Source: Hyphomicrobiaceae bacterium UBA2767 (lineage in GTDB: Bacteria > Pseudomonadota > Alphaproteobacteria > Rhizobiales > Methyloligellaceae). Taken from it: a stretch of DNA of 55,141 bases. The notes beneath the pieces were generated by a model. That model was given only the letters and a program-made list of their open reading frames with translations. It searched no databases and was not told the origin of the DNA. The position numbers were made by a program, and so were the translations under genes. Shown piece after piece: positions 34,095 to 43,045 of this stretch. The DNA lies in assembly GCA_002352635.1 (NCBI GenBank), contig DEIT01000193.1, positions 11,545-66,685 of the forward strand, read 5' to 3'. Each line of letters begins with the position of its first letter. Within the stretch, counting starts at the first letter, position 1.

Positions 34095-35479
34095 TAATCC
34101 GCTCCCCTAATCACGACAATTTTTGACTTTCCCGTCGTTCGTTCAAGGCCGCCATAGGCGAGCAACGAAACGTCCGTTCTCACGCTGAGTTTTTCGCGCA
34201 ATGTCAGATCAAGTTGTTCCTTGAGAGCGGGCCACGCGCTTTGCTCCACGCTTTGGGCGCATTCGACCTCCAGGTTCAAAGGTGGTTCAGCGACAGGGCC
34301 AGGACAATCCAGAATTATGCGTATCTTGCCCGTCGTCCTGGGCGCAAATGAGGAAATGACCGATTGTACGGCTGACGGGAAGACATTCATCCCGCGCACC
34401 AATAGCATATCGTCGGACCGGCCGATCAAATCGATGCGGAATCCTGTGCGGCCACATTCACACGACGAGGTGTGGACGCGTACGATGTCATTTGTACGGT
34501 AACGCAAGAGCGGACACGCCTCACGGTCGAGATGTGTAAATACATACTCTCCCACGGCGCCATCGCGTATCTCAATTGACTTGCCTGTGTCGGAATTGAT
34601 CAACTGAACCAGAACCAGATCACCTGTAACATGGTGTTTGCCGGAGCGAACGTAACAGTTTGTGAATGAATTCGGGTGCGCATCTGACGATGATGCAAGG
34701 TCAAAGATACCCTTTGTGCCAAAAGTTTCTTCAAGCTGTTCCCGCATTCCGGGCAGCTCAAAACCGGGCTCTCCGCCTCCGCACACAATGCGAAATCCCA
34801 GTTCGCTTGCCGGGATTCCGAGAACATCCTCACAACGTTCAGACAGATAGCTTGCAAATGAAGGCGTGGAGACGAGCACGGTTGCATCAAGCTCTTTGGC
34901 AATACGAAGCAGACCCTCAGCTTTCCTCTCCGTTCCGACAGGAATATTGACCGCACCCAGTCGTTCAATGGCCGTGCAGTATGGAACGCCGGCGTTGAAC
35001 ATACTGAGATTGAATCCATTGATTACCCGGTCTCCCGGGCGAACACCGAAACCCCACAGGACACGGCATACGCTTTCATCACGAAGTAAGACGTCTCGTC
35101 GTGTGTAAGTCTGCACAACAGCCCGGCCAGTTGTGCCAGCGGTGGTCGTCACGCGGATGAGCCTGTTGAACGGTGCTGCAACATGCCGGCCAAACGGCGG
35201 GGCCTCTTCCTGGCTTTCCCTCAGCTCGACCTTTTTGGTGAATGGCAATGACTCCAAATCAGATAATTCGCGAAAATCCCCGGGATTGAAGCCAGCTTCC
35301 TTGAAGCGCTTTTGATAGAACTTGGAATTTGCCTGCAGGTACGGAATTTGACGTTTGAGTTTCTCGATCTGGAGCTCCTGCAACTGATCCAACGGCATCG
35401 TCTCAGCTTCAGGATTCCAGTAAACCTCGTCAGGATCGTGCGCTTCACCGCACTCCATAACACCAGGGACCTGTTCCAT
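34094..35479 (-). CDS. PaaK / coenzyme-F390-synthetase-like adenylate-forming ligase
   Basis: 461 aa. QLQELQIEKLKRQIPYLQANSKFYQKRFKEAGFNPGDF...LPFTKK...TTTAGTTGRAV is the phenylacetate-CoA-ligase family layout. A GGAGGAAA SD precedes the ATG. Confidence 0.8.
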   Translation of the reverse strand: MEQVPGVMECGEAHDPDEVYWNPEAETMPLDQLQELQIEKLKRQIPYLQANSKFYQKRFKEAGFNPGDFRELSDLESLPFTKKVELRESQEEAPPFGRHVAAPFNRLIRVTTTAGTTGRAVVQTYTRRDVLLRDESVCRVLWGFGVRPGDRVINGFNLSMFNAGVPYCTAIERLGAVNIPVGTERKAEGLLRIAKELDATVLVSTPSFASYLSERCEDVLGIPASELGFRIVCGGGEPGFELPGMREQLEETFGTKGIFDLASSSDAHPNSFTNCYVRSGKHHVTGDLVLVQLINSDTGKSIEIRDGAVGEYVFTHLDREACPLLRYRTNDIVRVHTSSCECGRTGFRIDLIGRSDDMLLVRGMNVFPSAVQSVISSFAPRTTGKIRIILDCPGPVAEPPLNLEVECAQSVEQSAWPALKEQLDLTLREKLSVRTDVSLLAYGGLERTTGKSKIVVIRGAD

Positions 35480-35576
35480 TTTCCTCCGATCTACCTGTTT
35501 TCACTCATGCCCTCTCAACGAAGCGCGAATGCGAATTCAGGTGCTTATCATATTTGCTGTAATTCGTTGTTGTTGC

Positions 35577-36089
35577 CTATATCCAGGGTGCCGAACCCTC
35601 CCTGGCAATAAAGCAAAAAAGCGGGTCATCAGTGTGGTTAAATTTAGTGATTGCACCTATGACAATGAGATGATCACCCGCAATGTGCTCGGACACCGTT
35701 TTGCATTGGAACGAGGCGATAGTCTCAGGAAGTAGGGGCACCTTAAGTTCGCCCAATTCGTAGTCGATTCCCGCAAATCGATCACTAATTTTCGCACAAA
35801 AACGCGTAGCCAGATCGCGCTGGTGCGTTGAGAGCACGTTTACTGCAAATCGCCCCGCTTTGCGGAATTCTTCGAGGCTTCGCGACATGTGATTTATGCT
35901 CCAAAGCACCAGAGGCGGATCAAGTGATACGGAACTGAACGAGTTGACGGTGAGGCCGATCGCACCTCCAGTCCGGTCACAAGTAGTGATGACTGTTACG
36001 CCTGTGGCAAACCGGCCAAGCGCCTGCCGAAGTTGAATCATATTGTTTTTGGCAGAGGGCAAATCACCCGAGTGCCCGTTCTTTTTCAA
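35577..36089 (-). CDS. NAD(P)H-flavin reductase #2 (HpaC-type)
   Basis: LRQALGRFATGVTVITT...GLTVNSFSSVSLDPPLVLWSI...GDHLIVIGAI. The track start is TTG 36089, and ATG 36041 is an alternative. Confidence 0.8.
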   Translation of the reverse strand: MKKNGHSGDLPSAKNNMIQLRQALGRFATGVTVITTCDRTGGAIGLTVNSFSSVSLDPPLVLWSINHMSRSLEEFRKAGRFAVNVLSTHQRDLATRFCAKISDRFAGIDYELGELKVPLLPETIASFQCKTVSEHIAGDHLIVIGAITKFNHTDDPLFCFIAREGSAPWI

Positions 36090-36120
36090 GTGACCTATGG
36101 CGGGATTCCTCTTTCAAAAT

Positions 36121-37287
36121 CTAGAGTCGGGCCGTGGTGTCGAATTGGAGCCCCAGGGCTGCTTGCCCTACCGTGGCTGCTGTACGATCCATGTTTTCGT
36201 GAAGTGTATGAATACGTAGATCCCGGAAAAATCGGCTGAGAGGTGCGTCAGCGAGGAATGCACTAGAGCCAGCGATTTGCGCTGCTTTGTTCATGATGAT
36301 GACAGCATTCTCGATAGCCCGGTGTTTGGATTTCATCGAATATAGCTCGGCTTCCTGTAAGTCGCCCTGGGACCAGAGCCATGCGGCGCGATAAATCATC
36401 CAACGCACTGAATCTATACCGATACAGATTTCTCCCAGCCGCAGCTGCGTGTATGAATCTCCGCTGGTTCCCCGTTTGGGCAAATATTCAATCAGCGTAT
36501 TGTACACGCCTTCCGCGCCACCAAGATATTGCGCCGCAAATCCCAAGTGGAATCTGGCCTGCCAGCGATCATTGGGATACACACCGGGTTCCCCAAGAAC
36601 GTAATCGTCGGATACGAAACAATTATCAAGCTCCAGGTTAGGGCTTGTTGCTCCGCGCATCCCCATCGGATCCCACGATCCGTCAATGACCCTAAAACCC
36701 TTTGTATTTTTTGGAATTGCGACACCGATATGCCCTTCAGGTGGCGGAATATCCTTCCGTCCCGCGAACACGATGTTGAACTCGGCCTCAGCGCCGAGGG
36801 TCGCGTAATTCTTCACCCCATTGAGGCGATAACCACCCTCCACGCGTTCCGCTTCCGTAATAAGTTTGTATAGACCCCGTGATGTTCTGCCCGGTTCGCT
36901 ACCCGTTGCGTTTAGCAGGGCGCCACGCTCGATAACCGGCGTGAGGATGTTCTTGCGTTGTTCGGGCGTGCAGACCTGATCGACATAGTGACAACCATGC
37001 GCGTGAATATGCAGGCATTGGGCCGTCGACATGCAGGCCGATGCTGTCTGTTCCACGGCGAGCAGATACAGGAGGGGGTCTTTCCCCATGGCGCCGCTTC
37101 CGGCGCCACCCAGATCCTCGGAAATCGTCAATGCCAGATGGCCGCCTTCAAACAAATCCTGAAGGTTTTCGATCGGTGTGGACGCATCGCGATCATACTT
37201 GGCCGCCCGCTTGGCAAATTTCTCTTTCGCAAGCGCGCCTACTTCTTCGTAGACTTTTTCTTGCTGCGGTGACAGGCGAAAATCCAT
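36121..37287 (-). CDS. ACAD-fold protein, DszC/SfnB-like, paralog 2
   Basis: I start it at ATG 37287 (MDFRLSPQQEKVYEE), which aligns with paralog 3 (MDFELDKHHQEFQEK). Motifs are AQCLHIHAH, KNYATLG, WDPMGMRGATSP and a C-terminal RDLRIHTLHENMDR, which resembles the R-x-H-[ST]-L-H-[DE] tail I associate with DszC-type enzymes. Confidence 0.65.
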   Translation of the reverse strand: MDFRLSPQQEKVYEEVGALAKEKFAKRAAKYDRDASTPIENLQDLFEGGHLALTISEDLGGAGSGAMGKDPLLYLLAVEQTASACMSTAQCLHIHAHGCHYVDQVCTPEQRKNILTPVIERGALLNATGSEPGRTSRGLYKLITEAERVEGGYRLNGVKNYATLGAEAEFNIVFAGRKDIPPPEGHIGVAIPKNTKGFRVIDGSWDPMGMRGATSPNLELDNCFVSDDYVLGEPGVYPNDRWQARFHLGFAAQYLGGAEGVYNTLIEYLPKRGTSGDSYTQLRLGEICIGIDSVRWMIYRAAWLWSQGDLQEAELYSMKSKHRAIENAVIIMNKAAQIAGSSAFLADAPLSRFFRDLRIHTLHENMDRTAATVGQAALGLQFDTTARL

Positions 37288-37338
37288 ACGTGACCCCTTG
37301 TAAAAAAACGACTTCGTGGTGGTAGGCAAGCGCCGAGC

Positions 37339-37366
37339 TTGATTTTGGTAGAGCTTAAGATATAAT
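37339..37366 (+). promoter_or_regulatory. Sigma70-like promoter TTGATT-N16-TATAAT for the LysR gene
   Basis: I counted the hexamers and the spacer directly. It lies in the 146-nt divergent region between 37287 and 37434. Confidence 0.4.
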
Positions 37367-37433
37367 ACAAATATCCAAATTTTATCAATTCGATGCCTTT
37401 TTGGCATGCGTTGCGATCGTCACGGGTGAGAAG

Positions 37434-38360
37434 ATGCTTGATCTGCGAGCGTTGCGCTATTTTGTGCGTGTGGCGGAAATGAAGAGCGTTTCAAAGGCGG
37501 CAACCTCACTCTATATCGCTCAGCCGGCCATCAGCCGGCAGATCAAGAAGTTGGAGGATCAGATCGGTGTACAGTTGCTCATCAGGTCGGGCCGCGGGAT
37601 CGATCTTACGGATGCCGGAGCGTTACTGGAGATTCACGCGAGAGAGGTTCTCGAAAGACTGTCCGTAATCCACAACGATGTCTCGGCTTGCGTGGACGAG
37701 GCCAGGGGGTTGGTCAGGCTGGCCGTATCGCCTGCTGCGGGCCGCATTCTCGCTCCACCACTTGTCATGCAAATGGCTTCATGTTTTCCTGAAGTCTCCT
37801 TGAGAGTATTGGAGAGCTTTACGAGCGTAATCCATGATGGGCTGAGATCGAAACGGTTTGATCTCGGTGTGCTTCACGATCCGGGTGATGCTCTTCACCT
37901 GAAGACCGAAACTCTCCTGAATGAATTGCTTTTTGTGATTGGCCCCGGAAACCGGAACTCCAATGCTGACCCACTCCCTCGAGAGTATCGCCTGAAGCAG
38001 CTGGAGAAGCTCCCGCTAATTATGCCGGTCGCTCCAAACCAGCTGCGTGTTGTTGCCGATAGCATTGCGGCAACAAACAAAATTACATTCAATATCGTTG
38101 CTGAGGTCGACAGTATCCCCATCATGAAAGCGCTCGTGGAGGAGGGCTTTGGCTACACACTTCTCAGTTTCGGTTCCGTCCATGAAGAAGTGGCGCGCGG
38201 TGTCCTCACTGCTGTACCGATTCCAGAGGTAGAGCGGAAGTTGGTGGTTGCCTGGAACATTGAGCAGCGTCTGACCAACGCGGCAAGGGAGACCATAAAG
38301 ATTCTACACGAAAACGCATCGTCAATGGTGCGGAAGGGGAAATGGCGCGGTTCGCTCTAG
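37434..38360 (+). CDS. LysR-family transcriptional regulator
   Basis: MLDLRALRYFVRVAEMKSVSKAATSLYIAQPAISRQIKKLEDQIGVQLL is a canonical LysR HTH. It is divergent from the DszC-like/flavin reductase/ligase/rhodanese operon. Confidence 0.9.
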   Translation: MLDLRALRYFVRVAEMKSVSKAATSLYIAQPAISRQIKKLEDQIGVQLLIRSGRGIDLTDAGALLEIHAREVLERLSVIHNDVSACVDEARGLVRLAVSPAAGRILAPPLVMQMASCFPEVSLRVLESFTSVIHDGLRSKRFDLGVLHDPGDALHLKTETLLNELLFVIGPGNRNSNADPLPREYRLKQLEKLPLIMPVAPNQLRVVADSIAATNKITFNIVAEVDSIPIMKALVEEGFGYTLLSFGSVHEEVARGVLTAVPIPEVERKLVVAWNIEQRLTNAARETIKILHENASSMVRKGKWRGSL

Positions 38361-38433
38361 GGTCTGATTGCCATATGGTAAATCCGATTGCGGTGGTCGG
38401 TGTATCAGGAACAGACTTGCAGTAGAAACCTGA

Positions 38434-39840
38434 TTAACCCGCAAATTTATAAGCCTTATCTCCTTGCAGGATCCGCGGGAACAGAGCCTGTACATTATCC
38501 AGGCTTTCCAGCGTGGCAATCATTTGCATCATGCGCGAGTGCTGGTCCGATGACAGGGCAAAATGCCCACGCGATATGCATTTAGCTATCTTGTTCTCGA
38601 ATTTCGCGTCCGATAAGGGCGTTTTGGGAGAACCGGGAACGCCATCAATGCGCCGGCTGTGTGTCTTGCCGTCCTGCATAGTGACTGAAACCTCCGCAGG
38701 CGTTAGCCTGCCTGTTTCATCGGTATAAGTCGTCACCTCGACCCGGTTCGCCAGCGACCCTACATCTGGCGCCGTGACCATTTCGGGAAGAATATCTGCA
38801 ACACCGAACTCTCCACGCAACAAGACGGCCGCCACAGCATAGCGGACGCTGAATTGTCCGCTTACTGTCGGATTTTCAGAAGGATCGAACGGCTCGCCGA
38901 CAAGCCGGTACATATACGGTGTAATGGATACATTAATCTTGCTGATCTCATCGGCTTTGAATTGTTCATTCTCAACCAACGCGAGCGTGGCCTCAATAGC
39001 CGCGTGGCTGCACGCGCAACATGGATATTCTTTGAAACTCGTCCTGGTTATCAGATAGTTTTCGCCAAAACCATCGAGTACAATTTCGGAAACCCCGTGC
39101 TCATACATTGAGAAAAGGCCGAATTTTCCATCGATAGCTCCTACTGGACCGCGAAGTCCGGCGGATGCCAGCAAGGCAGCTTCCACGCCCGCCTGCGCTG
39201 CGAATGCCGACTGCATTCGTTTGGTTGAGGCGCGCTCTATATTTGGCTGCTGTGTGCCCGCCACCCTGCTCATGACTATGGATATGGCATCGCGGATACC
39301 ATCCTCACCCAGACCCAGCAGCTTCGCCGCCGCGACTGCAGCGCCAAAACATCCGAATATAGAAGTATAGAACCAGCCCGTGTGGTCTTGTGCCGACAAG
39401 CCCAGCCGGCTGGCTATCTCAGTGCCCAGAGCAGCCGCCGCGAGTAATTCCTTGCCACTGCTGCCTTGGCGTTCTGCTATCGCGAAAGCAGCAGGCAAAA
39501 CACAAATGTCCGCATGCACCAAAGCGTCACCCTGAAGGCTATCAAAGTCCAGTGCGGCAGCTAAGATGCCGTTGGCAAGTGCTGCATAACCCGCTGGCGC
39601 TTTGCCGCCAACAGCCCACACCGTACTGTCCTCTCCTGCCGCAAAATTGACAACAAACGGGACAAGCTGGGCGACGTCGGCATGTTCAGTCGCCGCCCAG
39701 GACACCGCCAAGGTGTCCAAGACGGATTTCTTCGTGGTCTTTATGACCTCTTCAGGGAGATCATCAAAGTTTACGCGCGCAACCAGTTTGGACAGTGAAA
39801 CTGAGAGCGGGTCCTGATGGGCTTGTGTGCTGCCGGTCAC
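38434..39840 (-). CDS. MmgE/PrpD-family protein (2-methylcitrate dehydratase / cis-aconitate decarboxylase superfamily)
   Basis: 468 aa. LSKLVARVNFDDLPEEVIKTTKKSVLDTLAV and the overall length fit the PrpD family. The GTG start shares a base with the upstream ACAD TAG. Confidence 0.75.
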   Translation of the reverse strand: MTGSTQAHQDPLSVSLSKLVARVNFDDLPEEVIKTTKKSVLDTLAVSWAATEHADVAQLVPFVVNFAAGEDSTVWAVGGKAPAGYAALANGILAAALDFDSLQGDALVHADICVLPAAFAIAERQGSSGKELLAAAALGTEIASRLGLSAQDHTGWFYTSIFGCFGAAVAAAKLLGLGEDGIRDAISIVMSRVAGTQQPNIERASTKRMQSAFAAQAGVEAALLASAGLRGPVGAIDGKFGLFSMYEHGVSEIVLDGFGENYLITRTSFKEYPCCACSHAAIEATLALVENEQFKADEISKINVSITPYMYRLVGEPFDPSENPTVSGQFSVRYAVAAVLLRGEFGVADILPEMVTAPDVGSLANRVEVTTYTDETGRLTPAEVSVTMQDGKTHSRRIDGVPGSPKTPLSDAKFENKIAKCISRGHFALSSDQHSRMMQMIATLESLDNVQALFPRILQGDKAYKFAG

Positions 39841-41003
39841 TATTTTCTGCTGAGCCCCATGAATTCTTTGCCCAGAAGTTCCCGGACGACGACCAATTTC
39901 ATCACATTGATCGTGCCGCCGGTGAATGCGAGACCCATGACATCTCGGAGGCGGCGCTCAACGTCAAGATCTTTCAGGTATCCGCTGGCGCCATACATCT
40001 GCAGGCAGCTCCCGACCGCCTCAATTGCCGCTGTTACACCATGCCATTTTGACATGGTCGCTTCGCGCGCCGCATCTTCACCCCGGACATTTTTCCAAAG
40101 ACCCTTGTAGGCTAACAGCTTGCATGCTTCCATTTTTGTATAGTGCTCGATTAGAGGGAATGAAACGGCTTGGTTCATCCCGATCTTCCGGCCGTAGACT
40201 TCTTTTTTCTTCACGAACTCGATTGTCTCGTCCAGGACCGCCAGGGCGGTGCCAATAGCATTGAGAGCACTTAGGCAGCGGGTTACATTCCAGCGCGCAT
40301 ACATCAGCGCCTTGCCATCCTTGATGTTATCTCTGTCTTTACCCAGGGCGCTGTCCAGCGGCACGCGGACATCCTTGAACCCGACGCGTCCAAGTTGATG
40401 GGACCGCATGCCCATTTCGGGCATGATTTCACAACTCACGCCTGGCGCGTCTGAAGGCACTTTAAGAAACTCCATTCGAGTCTTGCCATCATCAGTGGGT
40501 ACCATCACGCTGACACCCATTACCGAAGCACCAGGCATTAGGCTCACGTGGATTTTCTCCCCGTTAATGACATAGTCGCCATTGTCGATGGTTGCCGCCG
40601 TAGAAATATTGGAAACATCAGACCCGGCATTCTCCTCGGACGTGGCGATACATACGAGCTTGTTGCCTTTATAGACTTCGCGGATATCATCCTCGTCCCA
40701 ACCTGGCGTCAATGTGGTCAAGGTGTTCTGCATGGAACAGATCATGGCGCAGCTGGAATCCGTGCGAGCAAGCGTTTCAATAACTATGCCAAGTGAGATG
40801 TAATCCAGGCCCTTGCCTCCGAGTTTCTCCAGACCGATCATGCCCAACAAGCCAGCCTCTCCAAGCCCCTTGATCGCTGACCAAGGCATCTCTTCCTTTT
40901 CGTCCCATTCTTTTAGACCCTGTTTAACCTTGCTTTCCGCCACTTTCTGGACAAATTCACGCAATTCCTCCTGTTTATCCGTAAACCCAAAATCCAATGC
41001 CAT
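39840..41003 (-). CDS. Acyl-CoA-dehydrogenase-fold protein lacking both canonical catalytic Glu positions
   Basis: 387 aa and clearly ACAD-like (SEENAGSDVSN; GMRSHQLG; VSFPLIEH). The MCAD-Glu376 position reads F-T-G-G-T, and the IVD-Glu254/MCAD-Thr255 position reads N-V-T-R. Confidence 0.8.
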   Translation of the reverse strand: MALDFGFTDKQEELREFVQKVAESKVKQGLKEWDEKEEMPWSAIKGLGEAGLLGMIGLEKLGGKGLDYISLGIVIETLARTDSSCAMICSMQNTLTTLTPGWDEDDIREVYKGNKLVCIATSEENAGSDVSNISTAATIDNGDYVINGEKIHVSLMPGASVMGVSVMVPTDDGKTRMEFLKVPSDAPGVSCEIMPEMGMRSHQLGRVGFKDVRVPLDSALGKDRDNIKDGKALMYARWNVTRCLSALNAIGTALAVLDETIEFVKKKEVYGRKIGMNQAVSFPLIEHYTKMEACKLLAYKGLWKNVRGEDAAREATMSKWHGVTAAIEAVGSCLQMYGASGYLKDLDVERRLRDVMGLAFTGGTINVMKLVVVRELLGKEFMGLSRK

Positions 41004-41050
41004 TGCTCAAACCCCTTCTTAAAGTCGAAATACTTGAAACGAATTCCCCG

Positions 41051-42928
41051 TCAGGCGGTCACGAGTTTTTTGGATAGAAATACCTGATTCACAAGACAGG
41101 GGATCAAAAGTCCAAAGCCAACGAGCCAGAAACGCCAATCGGGCAAGATAATTAGAACACCCGCTATGAACATCGCCGTGCGAACGAGGGGTGAAGCCGA
41201 CGCCATCCAATATCCGGCCATAGATGCTGCCACAGCCGAAATTCCGATTAGTGCAAAAGTGAAAGGAAGGATGAAATCATAAGCATCCCCCTGAAGGAGC
41301 AGGGCCGGATGATAAACGAACGCGAATGGAATAATAAAGCCAGCGATAGATAGCTTGAATGCTTCGATGCTTGTAGCCGCAGGGGACGCCTTGGCCACGC
41401 CGGCGGCGGCATATGAAGTAATAGCCACCGGAGGCGTGACCCCGGAGATGATCGCAAAATAGAATACAAACATATGCGCCGCGAGCGGGATAACGCCCAA
41501 ATCGATAAGGGCAGGGGCCGCAACGGTCACCGAAAGGATGTAGGCCGGCGTCGTCGGCATGCCCATGCCCAAGAGAATAGACGTAAGCGCCACCATGGCC
41601 AGACTTAGGAAAAGCATGCCATTTGCGGAACTGACAATCATGCTCGAAAAAGCGAGGCTGAGACCGGTGGCGGTCAGAGCACTCACGACAAGACCAGCCG
41701 CCGCGCAGGCAATTGCAATCAGAATCGCAGACCGCGTTCCGGCCGCCAGGACATCACACAACCTGCGCGGCGTCATTCTGGTATCTTTGCGCGCAAAGCT
41801 AACTATGAACGCTGCAATGGTCCCGGCAAGAGCCGCTTTAACCGGCGTGTAACCCAGCGACAACACCAACAGCATGGATAGGATAGGAAGGAGATAGTAG
41901 GAGCGCATCAAAGCCTTTGACCGGCTCGGCAATTTGCTCTTCTCTACCGGGTCTATCCCGAGCCTCCGCGCTTCCAGATGCACGACCATTCCCACAGCCA
42001 AAAAGAACAGGATGGCAGCGGGAAGCGCCGCGGTGATCAGCTCGATATACGTCATGCCGAGCAACGCCATCATGATGAAGACAGACGCGCCCATAACCGG
42101 AGGCATGATTTGACCGCCGGTCGAGGCGGCCGCCTCCACCGCGCCAGCAAAGGCCGGCTTGTAACCCATGTTTTTCATCAACGGAATTGTGTAAACGCCG
42201 GTGCCATAGACATTTGCAGTCGGGCTCCCGCTGATGGAGCCGAACATGGCACTGTTGATGACAGCGATTTTGGCGGGTCCTCCGACCTTATGGCCGACCA
42301 GTGCTTGCGAAATCTCCGCGAACCACTCGCCAACTCCGCAACGCTCCACAAATGTGCCAAACATGACAAACAGAAACAGGTAAGTAACGGAAATCCCCGT
42401 CAGTGAGCCGAAAATCCCCTGGTTCTCAAGCACGTACATTCGCTCAATTGCCCGGCTCAGAAAAAATCCTCGATGACCTAAAGGGCTTGGCAGGAAATGT
42501 CCAACAAGCAGATAGACAACGGATGCAGCGACGACAATTGCCATGCCGATACCGATGACCCGCCGGGCTGCTTCCCACACCAGGACGGTAGCGAATACGC
42601 CAAAAATCACCTCGATGTTCTGTATATCCGAAACGAGTTCGAGCCTGTTGTTCAGCTCTTCGTAATGCAAAGCCACATAGCTGGTAACGATGAATGCGGT
42701 CGCCGCGAGAATAAAATCCAGAACCGATGGCCATTCCTTCGGAGACAGCGTCTTGGTGGCCGGAAACAGAATAAAAACCATCGGCAGTAGTAAGGTAAGA
42801 TGCAGTGCCCGCGCCAATCGCAAATCAAGAACGCCGACACTGCCGAGCCAAAAGTGAAACAGAGCAGTGCCTACGAGGGCGACAGTTACAGCAATGCCAA
42901 ACGGACCTTTGAAAGTGCGCATCTTCAT
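41051..42928 (-). CDS. TRAP transporter, fused 4TM/12TM permease (TAXI-associated type)
   Basis: About 625 aa and very hydrophobic. It lies immediately downstream of the TAXI receptor gene. I start it at Met 42928 or 42922 rather than the track start at 43018. Confidence 0.8.
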   Translation of the reverse strand: MKMRTFKGPFGIAVTVALVGTALFHFWLGSVGVLDLRLARALHLTLLLPMVFILFPATKTLSPKEWPSVLDFILAATAFIVTSYVALHYEELNNRLELVSDIQNIEVIFGVFATVLVWEAARRVIGIGMAIVVAASVVYLLVGHFLPSPLGHRGFFLSRAIERMYVLENQGIFGSLTGISVTYLFLFVMFGTFVERCGVGEWFAEISQALVGHKVGGPAKIAVINSAMFGSISGSPTANVYGTGVYTIPLMKNMGYKPAFAGAVEAAASTGGQIMPPVMGASVFIMMALLGMTYIELITAALPAAILFFLAVGMVVHLEARRLGIDPVEKSKLPSRSKALMRSYYLLPILSMLLVLSLGYTPVKAALAGTIAAFIVSFARKDTRMTPRRLCDVLAAGTRSAILIAIACAAAGLVVSALTATGLSLAFSSMIVSSANGMLFLSLAMVALTSILLGMGMPTTPAYILSVTVAAPALIDLGVIPLAAHMFVFYFAIISGVTPPVAITSYAAAGVAKASPAATSIEAFKLSIAGFIIPFAFVYHPALLLQGDAYDFILPFTFALIGISAVAASMAGYWMASASPLVRTAMFIAGVLIILPDWRFWLVGFGLLIPCLVNQVFLSKKLVTA

Positions 42929-43045
42929 CCACCAAGTTTTTAAGGTGAGGCAGTCGCGCTGCTTGGCCGACCGGGAAGGGGTGGAGTAAGGGGGCTGCAG
43001 TCGGCGGGAGAGGAGCAAACATCTCCACTCCCGCGCTGCCGTCGA

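Noticed and set aside
33500-34110. Plus-strand ORFs 33500-34045 and 33607-34110
   Set aside because: They are antisense to rhodanese #2 and have an Arg/Ser/Pro-rich composition.
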